Source: a virus (lineage: Duplodnaviria; Caudoviricetes). Taken from it: 64,000 bases of DNA. Shown in pieces: positions 46,675 through 57,263 of the stretch (positions within the stretch are counted from its first letter, which is position 1; each line of letters begins with the position of its first letter). The translations under genes were made by a program, and so were the position numbers. Below the pieces are notes generated by a model. That model ran no database searches. It worked only from the letters and a program-made list of their open reading frames with translations, and was not told the DNA's origin. The DNA is taken from positions 1 through 64,000 of the IMG/VR virus record IMGVR_UViG_3300042258_000341. One strand, written 5' to 3'.

Positions 46675-47496
46675 ATGGAAATAATTAAAAGTCCTATTAA
46701 TTATATGGGCAGTAAAGAAAAAGCTCTTTCGGAAATAATATCTCTTTTTCCGAAAGACTCTGATTTTGTTTTTTATGATGTTTTTACTGGAAGTGGTTGT
46801 GTTTATATGAATGTCGCAAAACATGTCACATATAAAAAAATAATAGCCAATGATTCCTTAACCCCATTAATGGCTATTCATTGGGAAATGAATAATAAGC
46901 CAACCCGTAAAGATTTCATTAAAAAAGCGGCGGAACTCTCTTTTATTACAAAAGAGTCTCAAGAAGAATATTTAAAATTAAGAAGAAGTTACAATGAAAA
47001 CCCATCCCCAGAAAAACTTTTAGCTTTGATTTGGTCATGTAACAGTAACATGATGCGTTTTAACAATTCCGGTGAATTTAATCAAACATGGGGAAAGCGT
47101 TGTTTTAACGAAAATAAACAAAAACATGTGGACGCTTTTTTCAATTTGCAACCATTTAATGTTGAATTGAAAAATTTAGATTTCACTTATTTTAAAGATA
47201 TCTCAGAAGAAAAAGTTTTTGTATATTTAGACCCACCATATTCAAATACTGAGGCAGGATATAATGCTCAATGGGGTGCGGAACAAGATAAAGCATTGTT
47301 GGGTGTTGTTTTAGCATATTTAGAAAAGGAAGTTCTTTTTGGATTGAGTGGAGTAGATAATGGAAAACCTAATCTGTTGTTAAATGTTTTAAAGGATCAT
47401 CCCAAAGTGAAACAGTATTGGTTAGGGGATTTATATAAAAAAATATCAAAAAAAGAAAAAGAGAATAAAGAATACTATCTGACCAATTTCTTTTAA
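46675..47496 (+). CDS. Dam-like (D12 class) DNA adenine methyltransferase
   Basis: SPINYMGSK, DVFTGSG, IIAND, VYLDPPY. Confidence 0.9.
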   Translation: MEIIKSPINYMGSKEKALSEIISLFPKDSDFVFYDVFTGSGCVYMNVAKHVTYKKIIANDSLTPLMAIHWEMNNKPTRKDFIKKAAELSFITKESQEEYLKLRRSYNENPSPEKLLALIWSCNSNMMRFNNSGEFNQTWGKRCFNENKQKHVDAFFNLQPFNVELKNLDFTYFKDISEEKVFVYLDPPYSNTEAGYNAQWGAEQDKALLGVVLAYLEKEVLFGLSGVDNGKPNLLLNVLKDHPKVKQYWLGDLYKKISKKEKENKEYYLTNFF

Positions 47497-47584
47497 CCTT
47501 GGTTTTATTTTTTCTTCTGTTAATTTTATGTTGTTTTCTATAACATAAGAACAACCATATTTTTTAAGGAGATTTATTCAAGAA

Positions 47585-47968
47585 ATGAAATTAAAAGTTG
47601 TTTATGCATTTGTATTGGCTAACAAAACCTACCTCCCCGGACAAGAAATTGATGAAGCTGTTTTTCAAGAAACTCCTTCTATTCTTAAGAATTTTCTTAA
47701 TACCGGCTTTGTAAAAGAAGTTGTAGGTAAAAAAGGACAAGTCCCCGTAACGGCTCCTGAAAATAAACCTGTGGCTCCTGCTGCAGTTGAAATTAAAACC
47801 GATGCCGATTTGAAAAAAGTTATCGAAAAAGAACCAGAAGTTAAAACTCCTGAAGTAAAAGAAGAAGAAGCCGGAGAAGCCGGAGAAGAATCAGAAGATA
47901 AAGACACTTCAAAAACAAAAATCGATTCTACTCCTAAAAAACAAAAAGGCAGATTGAGTCGCAATTAA
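47585..47968 (+). CDS. small, probably virion-associated protein with a low-complexity tail
   Basis: AAGGAG RBS; TYLPGQEID N-terminal domain. Confidence 0.65.
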   Translation: MKLKVVYAFVLANKTYLPGQEIDEAVFQETPSILKNFLNTGFVKEVVGKKGQVPVTAPENKPVAPAAVEIKTDADLKKVIEKEPEVKTPEVKEEEAGEAGEESEDKDTSKTKIDSTPKKQKGRLSRN

Positions 47969-47984
47969 TTTGAAAGGATTGGAA

Positions 47985-48287
47985 ATGATAAAAAAACTTT
48001 CAATTTCGGCAACGGGTTATTCGGAAGAAAGTTTTTTTAATATCCGTTCAGGTTGGCGGTCAGGGGACACCAACCTAGACAAAATTTTACCCGTTATTTT
48101 TCAACATTTAACGGAATTGGACGAAATTTACATACGAACAAATAATCCAAATTATTGGGAAATTATTGTAAAAGATGCTCCTTCTTTATTAGAAGTAAAG
48201 AGACTTTTGCAAAGATTTCAAGTGAAATCTGCTACAAACCCCTACGGAGATAAACAAGGGGTTTTAATTTCTGTCGCTAAAAAGTAA
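47985..48287 (+). CDS. hypothetical protein with an MIKKLSISA leader variant
   Basis: AAAGGA RBS before ATG 47985. Confidence 0.6.
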   Translation: MIKKLSISATGYSEESFFNIRSGWRSGDTNLDKILPVIFQHLTELDEIYIRTNNPNYWEIIVKDAPSLLEVKRLLQRFQVKSATNPYGDKQGVLISVAKK

Positions 48288-48293
48288 TGAATT

Positions 48294-49007
48294 ATGGACT
48301 TCCAGACAATCTACAACTTGACTTCGAAGAAGCCAAAGGATAAAGCCGAAAATGGAAATATCCTTGGTATTAAAACTCGAAAAAATTTAAGACGTTTCAG
48401 TTTTGTTGTCCGTTGTCTGGAGTCCTATTCAAACCCTAAAGGGCATATTGCTTCTGTTATCTTTCCCAATATCAATTTTGGATTGGTGGATGAAAACTGG
48501 CATATCCCGGTAAAAGAAGAAGTTTTACTTAAATGTTCCTGCCCTGCTTTCTTGTATTACGGGTCGGCTTTTTATGCTTCTCAATTCATGTATCATATTG
48601 ATGGGAATGTTGAGAACAGACCCCCGGTAATTCGAGACCCGGAAGCAAACAGATACCTCTGTAAACATTTAATCCGAGTTTACAAATATCTGGAAAGAAT
48701 ATCTTTTGATAAGTTGATGGAAAGATTCGATATTTCTTCCCGGAAACTTTCTTCTCAGGAATTAAGAATGGCTTCTCTCGAAGAAGACATTAAACCCGCT
48801 ATTTCCGATTATTTCTCAAGACAAAATATCCCGGAAGACGAAGCTAAAGCTGTATTGCTTTCGTTAAACGAAAACAACTGCGAAGAAATTCTCGAAAAAT
48901 ACGGAGTGATTGTAACAGAACAACCCTCTTGTTACGATTCTTGCTGTGATCATGAGCACACGAATGATTTATTGCAAGATTTTGTAGATGCTGAGGTTTT
49001 AGGGTAA
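48294..49007 (+). CDS. SWIM-type Zn-finger protein
   Basis: KCSCPAF...YLCKHL. Confidence 0.72.
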   Translation: MDFQTIYNLTSKKPKDKAENGNILGIKTRKNLRRFSFVVRCLESYSNPKGHIASVIFPNINFGLVDENWHIPVKEEVLLKCSCPAFLYYGSAFYASQFMYHIDGNVENRPPVIRDPEANRYLCKHLIRVYKYLERISFDKLMERFDISSRKLSSQELRMASLEEDIKPAISDYFSRQNIPEDEAKAVLLSLNENNCEEILEKYGVIVTEQPSCYDSCCDHEHTNDLLQDFVDAEVLG

Positions 49008-49008
49008 T

Positions 49009-49770
49009 ATGGATCATCCAAGAAATACTGCGGAATGGATTTACAAAGATTTACTTCTCTTCAAAGAAGAGATTTTAAAAAATCTCGAAGATAAAGCGAG
49101 TGGGTCTTCTGCCGCTGTGCAAAGGCTGTATAAAATTGTTCAGGAAATAGAAAAGAAATACCAATTAAATCCTATTCAACGAGGAAGTATTGAAGACTTT
49201 ATTTATGACGGGGAAATCTTTTTAAAGCCGGAAAATAAAGAAAAAGCAATAAATCAATTAACTTTGGGGATTATGGATGATTTTTACGGAGAAATGTATT
49301 GGATAAAACAACTTATACAGTCCCCGGCAAATCATCAAAAAGAAACATGGTTGAAAAAAATAAGAGTTTGTTTTGAATTTGCGGCGGAAGATTTGGAAGA
49401 ACATTTTGAAGACCTAATTGCTTTCCCAGAATACAAAGAAGAAAGTACGGAAAGGTTAATCCAACAAGTTTTCGATTTTTATTATTATCTTGAAAACGAA
49501 GAATACTCCCGAAATATAAAAAACAACCAAGCAAGTTACAAAATTAAAGATTTGTTCACGTTAATAATGTTATATCAAGGAATGCCTCGGGAAGAAATTT
49601 ACATGTATTTTCACGGTAAACGGATTTGGTATTTAATTTCAGAAATTCAAGATTTCTACAACGACATTACTTCCGGAAATGTTGAAAAGATGTATGAATT
49701 ACAAACTAAATACGTAGGGTCTTTACGAAAAATTAAAAGCTACAGTGCTTTGAAGAGGCAAAACCCATGA
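49009..49770 (+). CDS. helical hypothetical protein with a C-terminal IKSYSALK motif
   Basis: 253-aa ORF. Confidence 0.7.
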   Translation: MDHPRNTAEWIYKDLLLFKEEILKNLEDKASGSSAAVQRLYKIVQEIEKKYQLNPIQRGSIEDFIYDGEIFLKPENKEKAINQLTLGIMDDFYGEMYWIKQLIQSPANHQKETWLKKIRVCFEFAAEDLEEHFEDLIAFPEYKEESTERLIQQVFDFYYYLENEEYSRNIKNNQASYKIKDLFTLIMLYQGMPREEIYMYFHGKRIWYLISEIQDFYNDITSGNVEKMYELQTKYVGSLRKIKSYSALKRQNP

Positions 49771-51335
49771 TTACAAAATACTCCCGTCTTCGAAAAATAG
49801 CTGTGGAAAAGATACATGACTTTCGGATAAAAATGGAAAGAGAAGTAATCGACTTTCTTAATTGGGGTCGATTCAGAGGGTTATTTAGGGGATCGCTTAA
49901 ACAATTAAGCTGGGGCGGGACGGGTAAGCCCGAGCTTCCTGATCATGAAGCAATAATTCAATTTTTACAAATATTAATAGCTTGTGCTCAACCGCACAGT
50001 GAAATTAGAGACCGTGAATTAGAGGCGTTGCCTTTTAATTACCGAGAGTATATTTCAGATTACGCTCTTAATAGGGTATTGACTCCTGAAAATATTGCCC
50101 AAGAATTTAAAAGAAACCCGATTTTTAATAAATTCTTGGGCAATCTATTAAAAATCGCCGGAGTTTATGAAGACACTATTGATGAAACAATAAACGCACA
50201 CCCCATTCAGTATTGGCTTCAACATATCGTTGGTGAATTACAAGAAAATTATGAACATGACGATTGGAAATATAAAGAAAGACCTTTTGAGGATGAAGTC
50301 GAAGAAAATAGAGAATTAATTCTGGAAGATAAGTTTTACCCTATGAACGGGGAGTCTGAAATTCTTTATGAAGATACGAAATGGCTAGTGGTTCAACCAA
50401 AAACATACCCGGCATATCTTTTTTATATTACCGGGACATATATCACACCTCATACTGAAGGGGTTTTTGAAAGATATTGGGAGTCTTTTTTTATTTTCTT
50501 ATTAAAAGATGAAAAAGTGCCGATGTATCTTTGGGATTCCTCATCTACGGAATATGAAGAAGAGCTTATCGATCAAGATGAAAACCCGGAAAGACCTGTA
50601 GATTTCTTTAAAAGCAATCCTGAGCTTTCTGATTTTTTCAAAAATAAATTCTTTTCTCAAAATACCTTAGAAAAGATACTGCAGGGTAAACCTGCAGTAT
50701 CAGCAGCCAGCCCTTCTCTACAAGAGATTGTAGAAGACAGTCGAGATTATCGAATAGATCGTGTAGAATCTTGGTTGTCTGATGGATTTATGTATGATTT
50801 TGATTCCGGATATTCTTGGAAGGATATTTTAAATGAATTATCTCTTTCCGAAGAAAATAAACAATTGATCGTTAATTATTTACAAGAAAAATATGCCGAT
50901 TACTTTCAAGAAACCGGATTAACTCTTGAGGATTTTGAAACAATTGCTGATGCGATTGAAGAATTAGATGAAGATTATGAAATCACAACCAAGATAAGTA
51001 GCGCATATGATGATGCGGTTATTGGGAATATCATATCTACAACGCAAAGATATTTAAATAATTATCTTTCTCAACACTTTGGTTTGGATTTCTCTAAATG
51101 GTATGTCGGAGAGGATCTTTTAATTCCTGCAGAATATATTGTAAAAAACTGGTCGGCTTTTATGGGCGAAAGTCCGATATCCCTTCAAAAAAACATTGCT
51201 GATATTTTAATTAAAATTGCAGGAAAATTAGATAGTTCTGATTTCAATCGTGCTGTCGAGTTGGGGTATAATTCGGGATATGCAGAAGAAGATACTTTTA
51301 ATGACTACTTATATGAAAGGCTGCGGGAGTTATGA
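49767..51335 (+). CDS. acidic protein; MITKYS leader; C-terminal half paralogous to 51332
   Basis: AYDDA...LSQHFGLDFSKWY...FNDYLYERLREL. Confidence 0.8.
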   Translation: MITKYSRLRKIAVEKIHDFRIKMEREVIDFLNWGRFRGLFRGSLKQLSWGGTGKPELPDHEAIIQFLQILIACAQPHSEIRDRELEALPFNYREYISDYALNRVLTPENIAQEFKRNPIFNKFLGNLLKIAGVYEDTIDETINAHPIQYWLQHIVGELQENYEHDDWKYKERPFEDEVEENRELILEDKFYPMNGESEILYEDTKWLVVQPKTYPAYLFYITGTYITPHTEGVFERYWESFFIFLLKDEKVPMYLWDSSSTEYEEELIDQDENPERPVDFFKSNPELSDFFKNKFFSQNTLEKILQGKPAVSAASPSLQEIVEDSRDYRIDRVESWLSDGFMYDFDSGYSWKDILNELSLSEENKQLIVNYLQEKYADYFQETGLTLEDFETIADAIEELDEDYEITTKISSAYDDAVIGNIISTTQRYLNNYLSQHFGLDFSKWYVGEDLLIPAEYIVKNWSAFMGESPISLQKNIADILIKIAGKLDSSDFNRAVELGYNSGYAEEDTFNDYLYERLREL

Positions 51336-52765
51336 TTACAAAATTTTCCGTTTTAATAAAAGACGCTTTTTTGCGAACTGCCGGAATAGAAGACGCTTAT
51401 TCCAAATATTACTCTGATATCCCCCGGGAAGTTTTTAATCAATTGGTTTCTGCAGACCCAACCGCAACACAAGATGCTACCGGAAATCCTAAGAAAATAG
51501 GAACTTACGGACAGTGGATTCTTCGAATGTTTCAACAAAAGAAATTGAAACTCGAAGATTTGTATAAAGTAACAAGAGATTTAAAAACCCTTGTACAATT
51601 ACTACCCTTCCTTAAAAGAGAAGGAATTTCTTTCAATATCAATCAGATGAAAGATACTCATGATTTCTTTGAATTCATCCGGGAAGAATCTTATTTAATT
51701 GCTCCGGACATAGAAGAAGTGGAAGACGAACAATTTCCAGAAATTCTTTTTACCGAACAATATTTCTTGAATACCGGGCAAGCCGAAAAAGTATACGAAG
51801 ATGAGAAAGAAGTGATATTTGTCCCTTTAACCTTGGAAGCTTCTAAATTCTACGGACACGGCTCAGATTGGTGTACTTTATTCCCGGATATGTTTAAAAG
51901 ATATTCGTCTGAAGATAAGCTTTGGATACTTGTACATAAAAACGGGGATTACTCGGATCGTTGGCAATTTCATTTCCCGTCACAACAATTTATGGATTAT
52001 TACGACAGCCCTATTCCACAGGAAGATTTGGAATACTTCTTTCGAAAGAATCCCGGAATAAATGACTTTTTCAAAAAACAATATGTGTCTGAAGAAAAAC
52101 TAAGTAAATTATTCGGAAATGAAGATTTCTTTATGCTGCAGATAGATACTTTGAATGATCTTGTTCAAGAGGGAAGAGCTGCGGATGTGGATCGAGCGGA
52201 GGGTTATCTTTCTGGAGAAGTCTTTTTAGACTATGATTCAGGAATGACAGTAAGAGATATTGTAAAATATCTTGAAATCTCTCAAGAAAATTTCTTAAAA
52301 ATCCGAGAATATCTTGAGCAAAACTTTTCGGAAGAACTGGAAGAGCAAGAAATAGATTTAACAACTCCTGAAGATGTTTATAATGCGATTGATTCCTTAG
52401 ATGCTGATGACATTAAAAATGCTATTGTTTGGGCATATGATGATGCGGCAAGAGACGCTTTTCTTGCTAAATTCCAAGAAGAAATAAATGAGAGTCTTTC
52501 TTCGCATTTCGGAATGGATTTCACAAATTGGTATCCGGGCGGGGAAATTAAAATAACAAAAGAACAAATAGAAAAAGAATGGTTCCGATTTGCCGGGTTG
52601 TCTTTGGATGAAATAAAGAAAAGACCATATTTATTGTTTAATTCTTCTGAAGATTCAAGATTGGATAATTATGAATTGTCTAAGGCATGGGACTACGCTG
52701 AACGCTCTTATGTTAAGGATGAATATTTTAATGATCAATTAACTTACCGATTATCTGAGCTGTAA
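51332..52765 (+). CDS. acidic GxxSxWC-domain protein; MITKFS leader
   Basis: ADPT, YGHGSDWCT, WQFHFPSQQFMD; AYDDA...LSSHFGMDFTNWY...RLSEL. Confidence 0.8.
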   Translation: MITKFSVLIKDAFLRTAGIEDAYSKYYSDIPREVFNQLVSADPTATQDATGNPKKIGTYGQWILRMFQQKKLKLEDLYKVTRDLKTLVQLLPFLKREGISFNINQMKDTHDFFEFIREESYLIAPDIEEVEDEQFPEILFTEQYFLNTGQAEKVYEDEKEVIFVPLTLEASKFYGHGSDWCTLFPDMFKRYSSEDKLWILVHKNGDYSDRWQFHFPSQQFMDYYDSPIPQEDLEYFFRKNPGINDFFKKQYVSEEKLSKLFGNEDFFMLQIDTLNDLVQEGRAADVDRAEGYLSGEVFLDYDSGMTVRDIVKYLEISQENFLKIREYLEQNFSEELEEQEIDLTTPEDVYNAIDSLDADDIKNAIVWAYDDAARDAFLAKFQEEINESLSSHFGMDFTNWYPGGEIKITKEQIEKEWFRFAGLSLDEIKKRPYLLFNSSEDSRLDNYELSKAWDYAERSYVKDEYFNDQLTYRLSEL

Positions 52766-52833
52766 AACAACTTCTTTTAAAGAAGTCTTGAAATTGGCAA
52801 GAGTAATAAACCGTAAAAAAGGGATTTTAATAA

Positions 52834-53352
52834 ATGGCATCTACTCCTGAACAAGCAATGCAAAATATCCTTGAAGGAATTGAACATCGTTGGCATTTTT
52901 CTCTTGCAGACAATATTCTGGATTATATACCGGATATAGATGATATTTCTGCAGCAGTTTATGATGCCGCAGACGATATAAATGGGTTTCCCCCAAACAC
53001 TCAGATGTCTTTTGTCGATATTTATGACCATACTGATACCAGATGGAGATCTTTGCTTTATTTAGGAGCTGCGAAAAATGTAATTCAAATGCTCGTAAAT
53101 ATGTGGACTCAGAATGGTTTTGATCAGACTATCGGAGAATTAAGACTTGAAAACAAACTTAATGATTACCGAAGTCTTTATGACTCTCTTGTAGGGGAAT
53201 TCGAAAAGAAAGCCGAAAGAGTAAAGAAAACTTCTCAGAAATATGTTCGTGGAATTTCTTCACAAAGCTCAGGTTACGGAGTTCTTTCAAATTACCTTTA
53301 CGGAACCAGCCCTTTCTTTTCCGTATTTAATTCAAGGATAAGATTGAGATGA
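52834..53352 (+). CDS. probable head-tail adaptor (neck) protein
   Basis: DDINGFPP, LLYLGAA, short helical protein in the virion region. Confidence 0.55.
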   Translation: MASTPEQAMQNILEGIEHRWHFSLADNILDYIPDIDDISAAVYDAADDINGFPPNTQMSFVDIYDHTDTRWRSLLYLGAAKNVIQMLVNMWTQNGFDQTIGELRLENKLNDYRSLYDSLVGEFEKKAERVKKTSQKYVRGISSQSSGYGVLSNYLYGTSPFFSVFNSRIRLR

Positions 53353-54176
53353 AATATTTAAGTTTACTTACAAAACAAGCAAATCTTTTCACAACAGAGT
53401 CTTTCTACGAATTTCTGGAAAGACACAATTTAAATTGGTTTCCAATTCCAGATGTTAAGCCTTACTCTTATTACGATGAGGATATTGAAGACAGTCTGGA
53501 ACAAATTTACAATCTGATCCCGAAAACTTTCAAAAATCAATTCCCTAAAGTAAAAGAAATAAAAGCTATTTATCGACCTTGGGTGAAAGAAGTTCTGGAA
53601 GACGGGGAAGCTGATGCTGCAGAAATGAAACAGGTGGAAGCTTTTATTCAACAAAAAGTAGTAGAAATGTTCGATGCAATAAAAAAAGATCGTGAAGATT
53701 GGAAAAAAACCCCGACTCTTCCCGGATTGGATACAAGAGGGAGAAAACCCGGCTCTCCGAATAAACCTAAAGAACCTCTTAAATATTCCACACAAGAAAT
53801 AAATGCTTTTGTAAAAGAATTGTCCGGGAATAAACATTCGGAAATTGAAAGAATCTTACAAGAAATTTTCCCGGTATCGGACGCGGAATCTGAATTATTC
53901 TGGGACGGGGAGCCTCTGGACGAAGAAAGAGCTAAACTTGTTGTTCTTTCTTGGATTTATCAGGCAGACATTGAATACGCTGCAAAACAAGGGGCTTCTG
54001 AGGAAGTAAAATCTTTATTACAAGCTATGAACAAAGATAGTATAAAACCTTCGGAAGAGCTTTTAAAAAAATTCGAACAAAGAGATAATAAAAATTACAC
54101 TCTGAATCCTTATTTGGATAAAATAAAAGGAAATTCTGAACATAAAGTTCATCCGGAAATTCCTACCGATTACTAA
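53349..54176 (+). CDS. acidic protein with an AT-hook-like motif; MKYLSL leader variant
   Basis: TRGRKPGSPNKPK. Confidence 0.7.
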   Translation: MKYLSLLTKQANLFTTESFYEFLERHNLNWFPIPDVKPYSYYDEDIEDSLEQIYNLIPKTFKNQFPKVKEIKAIYRPWVKEVLEDGEADAAEMKQVEAFIQQKVVEMFDAIKKDREDWKKTPTLPGLDTRGRKPGSPNKPKEPLKYSTQEINAFVKELSGNKHSEIERILQEIFPVSDAESELFWDGEPLDEERAKLVVLSWIYQADIEYAAKQGASEEVKSLLQAMNKDSIKPSEELLKKFEQRDNKNYTLNPYLDKIKGNSEHKVHPEIPTDY

Positions 54177-54238
54177 TAATTAGCCTATATTTCTGTAATA
54201 AATAAAAAGCTTTTCCTTGTAGAAAGAAGATTTATTTT

Positions 54239-55330
54239 ATGCCACGAAATATTTTGGCTTTTTCTGTTTTAAGCAAGCAAATACTTGCAAATGCTAAACT
54301 CTGGGAACGTAAAAGTGAACAAACTTTTGTGGGGAACCCCGGAAGTGACAGCATTTATTTCGAAGGTAATTTCCCGGATTTACTTGAAGATTTGTATAAA
54401 TTTGAATATACATATTCGATGCTCCGTAATAATGCTTTTTCCGGGAATGAAAGAAGAAAGGCAAATATTTTACAGCATGTCGAAAAAGTTTTCCGAGAAG
54501 TTCTCGAAGAAGTAAGAAATGTTTTAGTTGCAGTTTTCGAAGAATGGTTAAGACACCATGCAATTACAGACCCGAATACTTGGGCGAGAGATAGAGTTCT
54601 TGGGCAGGGGGATTCTTTTGATTCTTACAATGAAGTATTTAATTCTTTAATCTGGGAATATGGAAGATATGCTCACCCACATTTACTGAGGGTTCATGAT
54701 GGAGGGGGGCAACTTAAGGAATTAACTGAAAAAGACCTAATGAACAATCCTGAAATGGACGAACCTCTATGGGATTTAATGGGCGGAAAAGAACAATTTG
54801 TTGAAGATTGGGTTCAAACTGAAATGGATGAATGGACTTCTTATCCTGAAGATATTACAGAGAGATATGATTTGGAAGCAAATGCTACAGAAGATGAAGT
54901 GGAATTTGCAATCCGAGAGAGATTCGAAGAAATGGAGCTTCAAGAGGCAATGGAATATTTTGACCCGGATTTCGACAGTCTTCTTCGAAATGCTGACCCG
55001 GATGATACTGAAAGTTTCTTGATAGCTTTTGCAGAGTATATGGTTTTCCCGGTCTGGTTTGATTACTGGCAACCTCAAGGGATTGAAGAAACTCGAAATA
55101 GAATAGAACAAATGACTATGAAATTACAAAATCCGAATCAGGATTTGAACAGGGCTTTTGCGGATGTTAATATAGCTCTGAACATTGCCCATCAAACCGG
55201 GGATATGACAGAATATATTGAAAATGTCACACAAGATTCAAATCTTAAAGAACATTTACAGGAATTGTCAGATGGCAAAATTATACCAGAAGTTCTCCCG
55301 GTATTAAGAGAATCAGGAGTTAAGGTATAA
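54239..55330 (+). CDS. highly acidic hypothetical protein
   Basis: 363 aa, D/E-rich centre; N-terminal ILAFSVLSKQILA. Confidence 0.75.
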   Translation: MPRNILAFSVLSKQILANAKLWERKSEQTFVGNPGSDSIYFEGNFPDLLEDLYKFEYTYSMLRNNAFSGNERRKANILQHVEKVFREVLEEVRNVLVAVFEEWLRHHAITDPNTWARDRVLGQGDSFDSYNEVFNSLIWEYGRYAHPHLLRVHDGGGQLKELTEKDLMNNPEMDEPLWDLMGGKEQFVEDWVQTEMDEWTSYPEDITERYDLEANATEDEVEFAIRERFEEMELQEAMEYFDPDFDSLLRNADPDDTESFLIAFAEYMVFPVWFDYWQPQGIEETRNRIEQMTMKLQNPNQDLNRAFADVNIALNIAHQTGDMTEYIENVTQDSNLKEHLQELSDGKIIPEVLPVLRESGVKV

Positions 55331-55842
55331 TGCAATTTCTTATCCGAGACATGCAGACCCTTGAAGGTAAATTTCGTGAGAAATATGCTCACAGGGTTTT
55401 TCGAGCTTTGTTTCGGCGTTTCGGAATGGATGTGAAAGTCCTTCGTAAAAACACAATTTCTTCTGCTTCCGTATTCAATCCTGTAACAGAAGCAGAAGAT
55501 TTATCGAAAGCCGCTTTAAATGTTTTCGGGGATTTTTCAGGAATTTCCCCAGCGAAAGGCAATCCTATTCTTGACGAAGACCCAACAGATGATGTTGAAT
55601 TTCAGGCAAGAATTGTAATTGCGACTTTCCCTTTAGACCCTTTCGATGCCGCAAGTACTGGATTTTTAACTCAACAGGTCATTTTCTCGGCTGACGATTT
55701 ACAGCCTCAAGACCATATTTATATTTATTCGGAAGATGGGACAGTAAAACAAGGATTAATCGGAGATAGGTTTAAATATGGAAATACCGATGAAGTTTAT
55801 AAATCATGGACATACAACAATTTAGGCGGTGAAACTACGTGA
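55330..55842 (+). CDS. possible head-closure (neck) protein
   Basis: FGMDVKVLR start, beta-rich, virion-region context. Confidence 0.45.
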   Translation: MQFLIRDMQTLEGKFREKYAHRVFRALFRRFGMDVKVLRKNTISSASVFNPVTEAEDLSKAALNVFGDFSGISPAKGNPILDEDPTDDVEFQARIVIATFPLDPFDAASTGFLTQQVIFSADDLQPQDHIYIYSEDGTVKQGLIGDRFKYGNTDEVYKSWTYNNLGGETT

Positions 55843-57260
55843 TTAAAAAATACTCCCTACTTCAAAGATATGCTGGAGCAACCCAGCAACAAATAGATTC
55901 CGTGGCGACAAAACTTAATTTAACTCCCGAACAAGTTGTTTCTTTAGCGAATGCAGTTGATCCTACTCCTGAAAAGAAATTCGAAGCTTGGATTTTGAAG
56001 CAAATGGGTTTCAAGAATATAATCCTTCCTGAAGATGGAAATCGTGTTCAACAAGTCCTACAAGATTTTATTACCTTATCGAACAAGAAACAATTACAAA
56101 AAAGGGATATTCAACAATATCGAAGAATCCACGATCTTGAAGCAGAAATTGACAAGATAAAAGGTCTGGAAGCAACCCCTGAAACCTCGGAAAAACTTAA
56201 TGAATATTTACAACTCCCGGGGGTTGAAATCTTTTTGCAAATTCCCGGGTGGTTAGTTCTTTCTGTAAAAAATCCACATTCTGCAGCAGAATTGGCTTCC
56301 GGAACCAAATGGTGTACTTCCGACCCTGAAACTGCGGATTATTACATTGCAGGGTATTTTTTACTTGTTTTCTTCGAAAAAACCGGGACAAGTCTTAAAA
56401 AAATGTATCAAGCCACTCTGTCTTTTGATCAGTTTATGGATGTTACGGATGATCCTGTAACCGAAATTGAAAGTGATTTGGCTCAGGCAATTGTAGATAA
56501 ATATTTTACAATATTGGAAAAAGACCCAGACGATGATACGTTGTATTCTTCAATTTATGAAACAATCCGACAATTTTTGTTTATGGAAGCACCCTTAAAT
56601 GAGGAGACAATACAATTTGCAGTTGATTCTACTCCAAATGGCGATGAAGTATGGGAAAATATTTATAGAACGGGGATACATGACTTTCGTGAAAAATTAA
56701 TTGAATCCGAAGCAACTCCACAAGAATTTATGTATCTTTTTAATTCCTATACTGAAATAGAATGGGAAATTCCCCGTTGGAAAGAATTCGAAAAGGCGGT
56801 AGAACGAGAACAATTTGATTTTGATTTACAAAGCGAAGACACTGTTTATACAATTCTTTCTTATTTAGCGGGGGTTGAAAAATTCGGAAGATGGGAAACA
56901 GTGGATAATTATCTCTTAGATGCTAAATTTGTAGCCAACCCGGATCATTTCGGTATCTGGTTTCATAAAATGATAAAGTATCTTAAGTTTAATGATGCCC
57001 CGGACATTGAAAGATGGGCAGAATTTGAGACTTTTATACAGAAATTGATGCAAAAAGCGGAAAAATTAACTCCCCCGGATATCTTTGCATGGCGAATTTC
57101 TTTATTGGCTGCAACTTACTGGCGATATTTCGCTCCTAAGTATACAAGATGGAATGACGAAGTTGAGGATTTTATTCTGAAATTCGGAGATAGTTACGGA
57201 CACAATTTTTACTATCAAGACAATCCTTGGCAAATTTACAAATATCATGCATGGAAATGA
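55839..57260 (+). CDS. GTKWC-domain protein with an aromatic helical C-terminus; MIKKYS leader
   Basis: N-terminal ~190 aa homologous to 33494 and 59027 (VDPT, KQMGFKNIILPED, LPGV, SGTKWCT). Confidence 0.82.
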   Translation: MIKKYSLLQRYAGATQQQIDSVATKLNLTPEQVVSLANAVDPTPEKKFEAWILKQMGFKNIILPEDGNRVQQVLQDFITLSNKKQLQKRDIQQYRRIHDLEAEIDKIKGLEATPETSEKLNEYLQLPGVEIFLQIPGWLVLSVKNPHSAAELASGTKWCTSDPETADYYIAGYFLLVFFEKTGTSLKKMYQATLSFDQFMDVTDDPVTEIESDLAQAIVDKYFTILEKDPDDDTLYSSIYETIRQFLFMEAPLNEETIQFAVDSTPNGDEVWENIYRTGIHDFREKLIESEATPQEFMYLFNSYTEIEWEIPRWKEFEKAVEREQFDFDLQSEDTVYTILSYLAGVEKFGRWETVDNYLLDAKFVANPDHFGIWFHKMIKYLKFNDAPDIERWAEFETFIQKLMQKAEKLTPPDIFAWRISLLAATYWRYFAPKYTRWNDEVEDFILKFGDSYGHNFYYQDNPWQIYKYHAWK

Positions 57261-57263
57261 AAT

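Noticed and set aside
46675-47496. Complete restriction-modification system
   Set aside because: No adjacent restriction endonuclease is recognisable; both DNA methyltransferases look like orphans.
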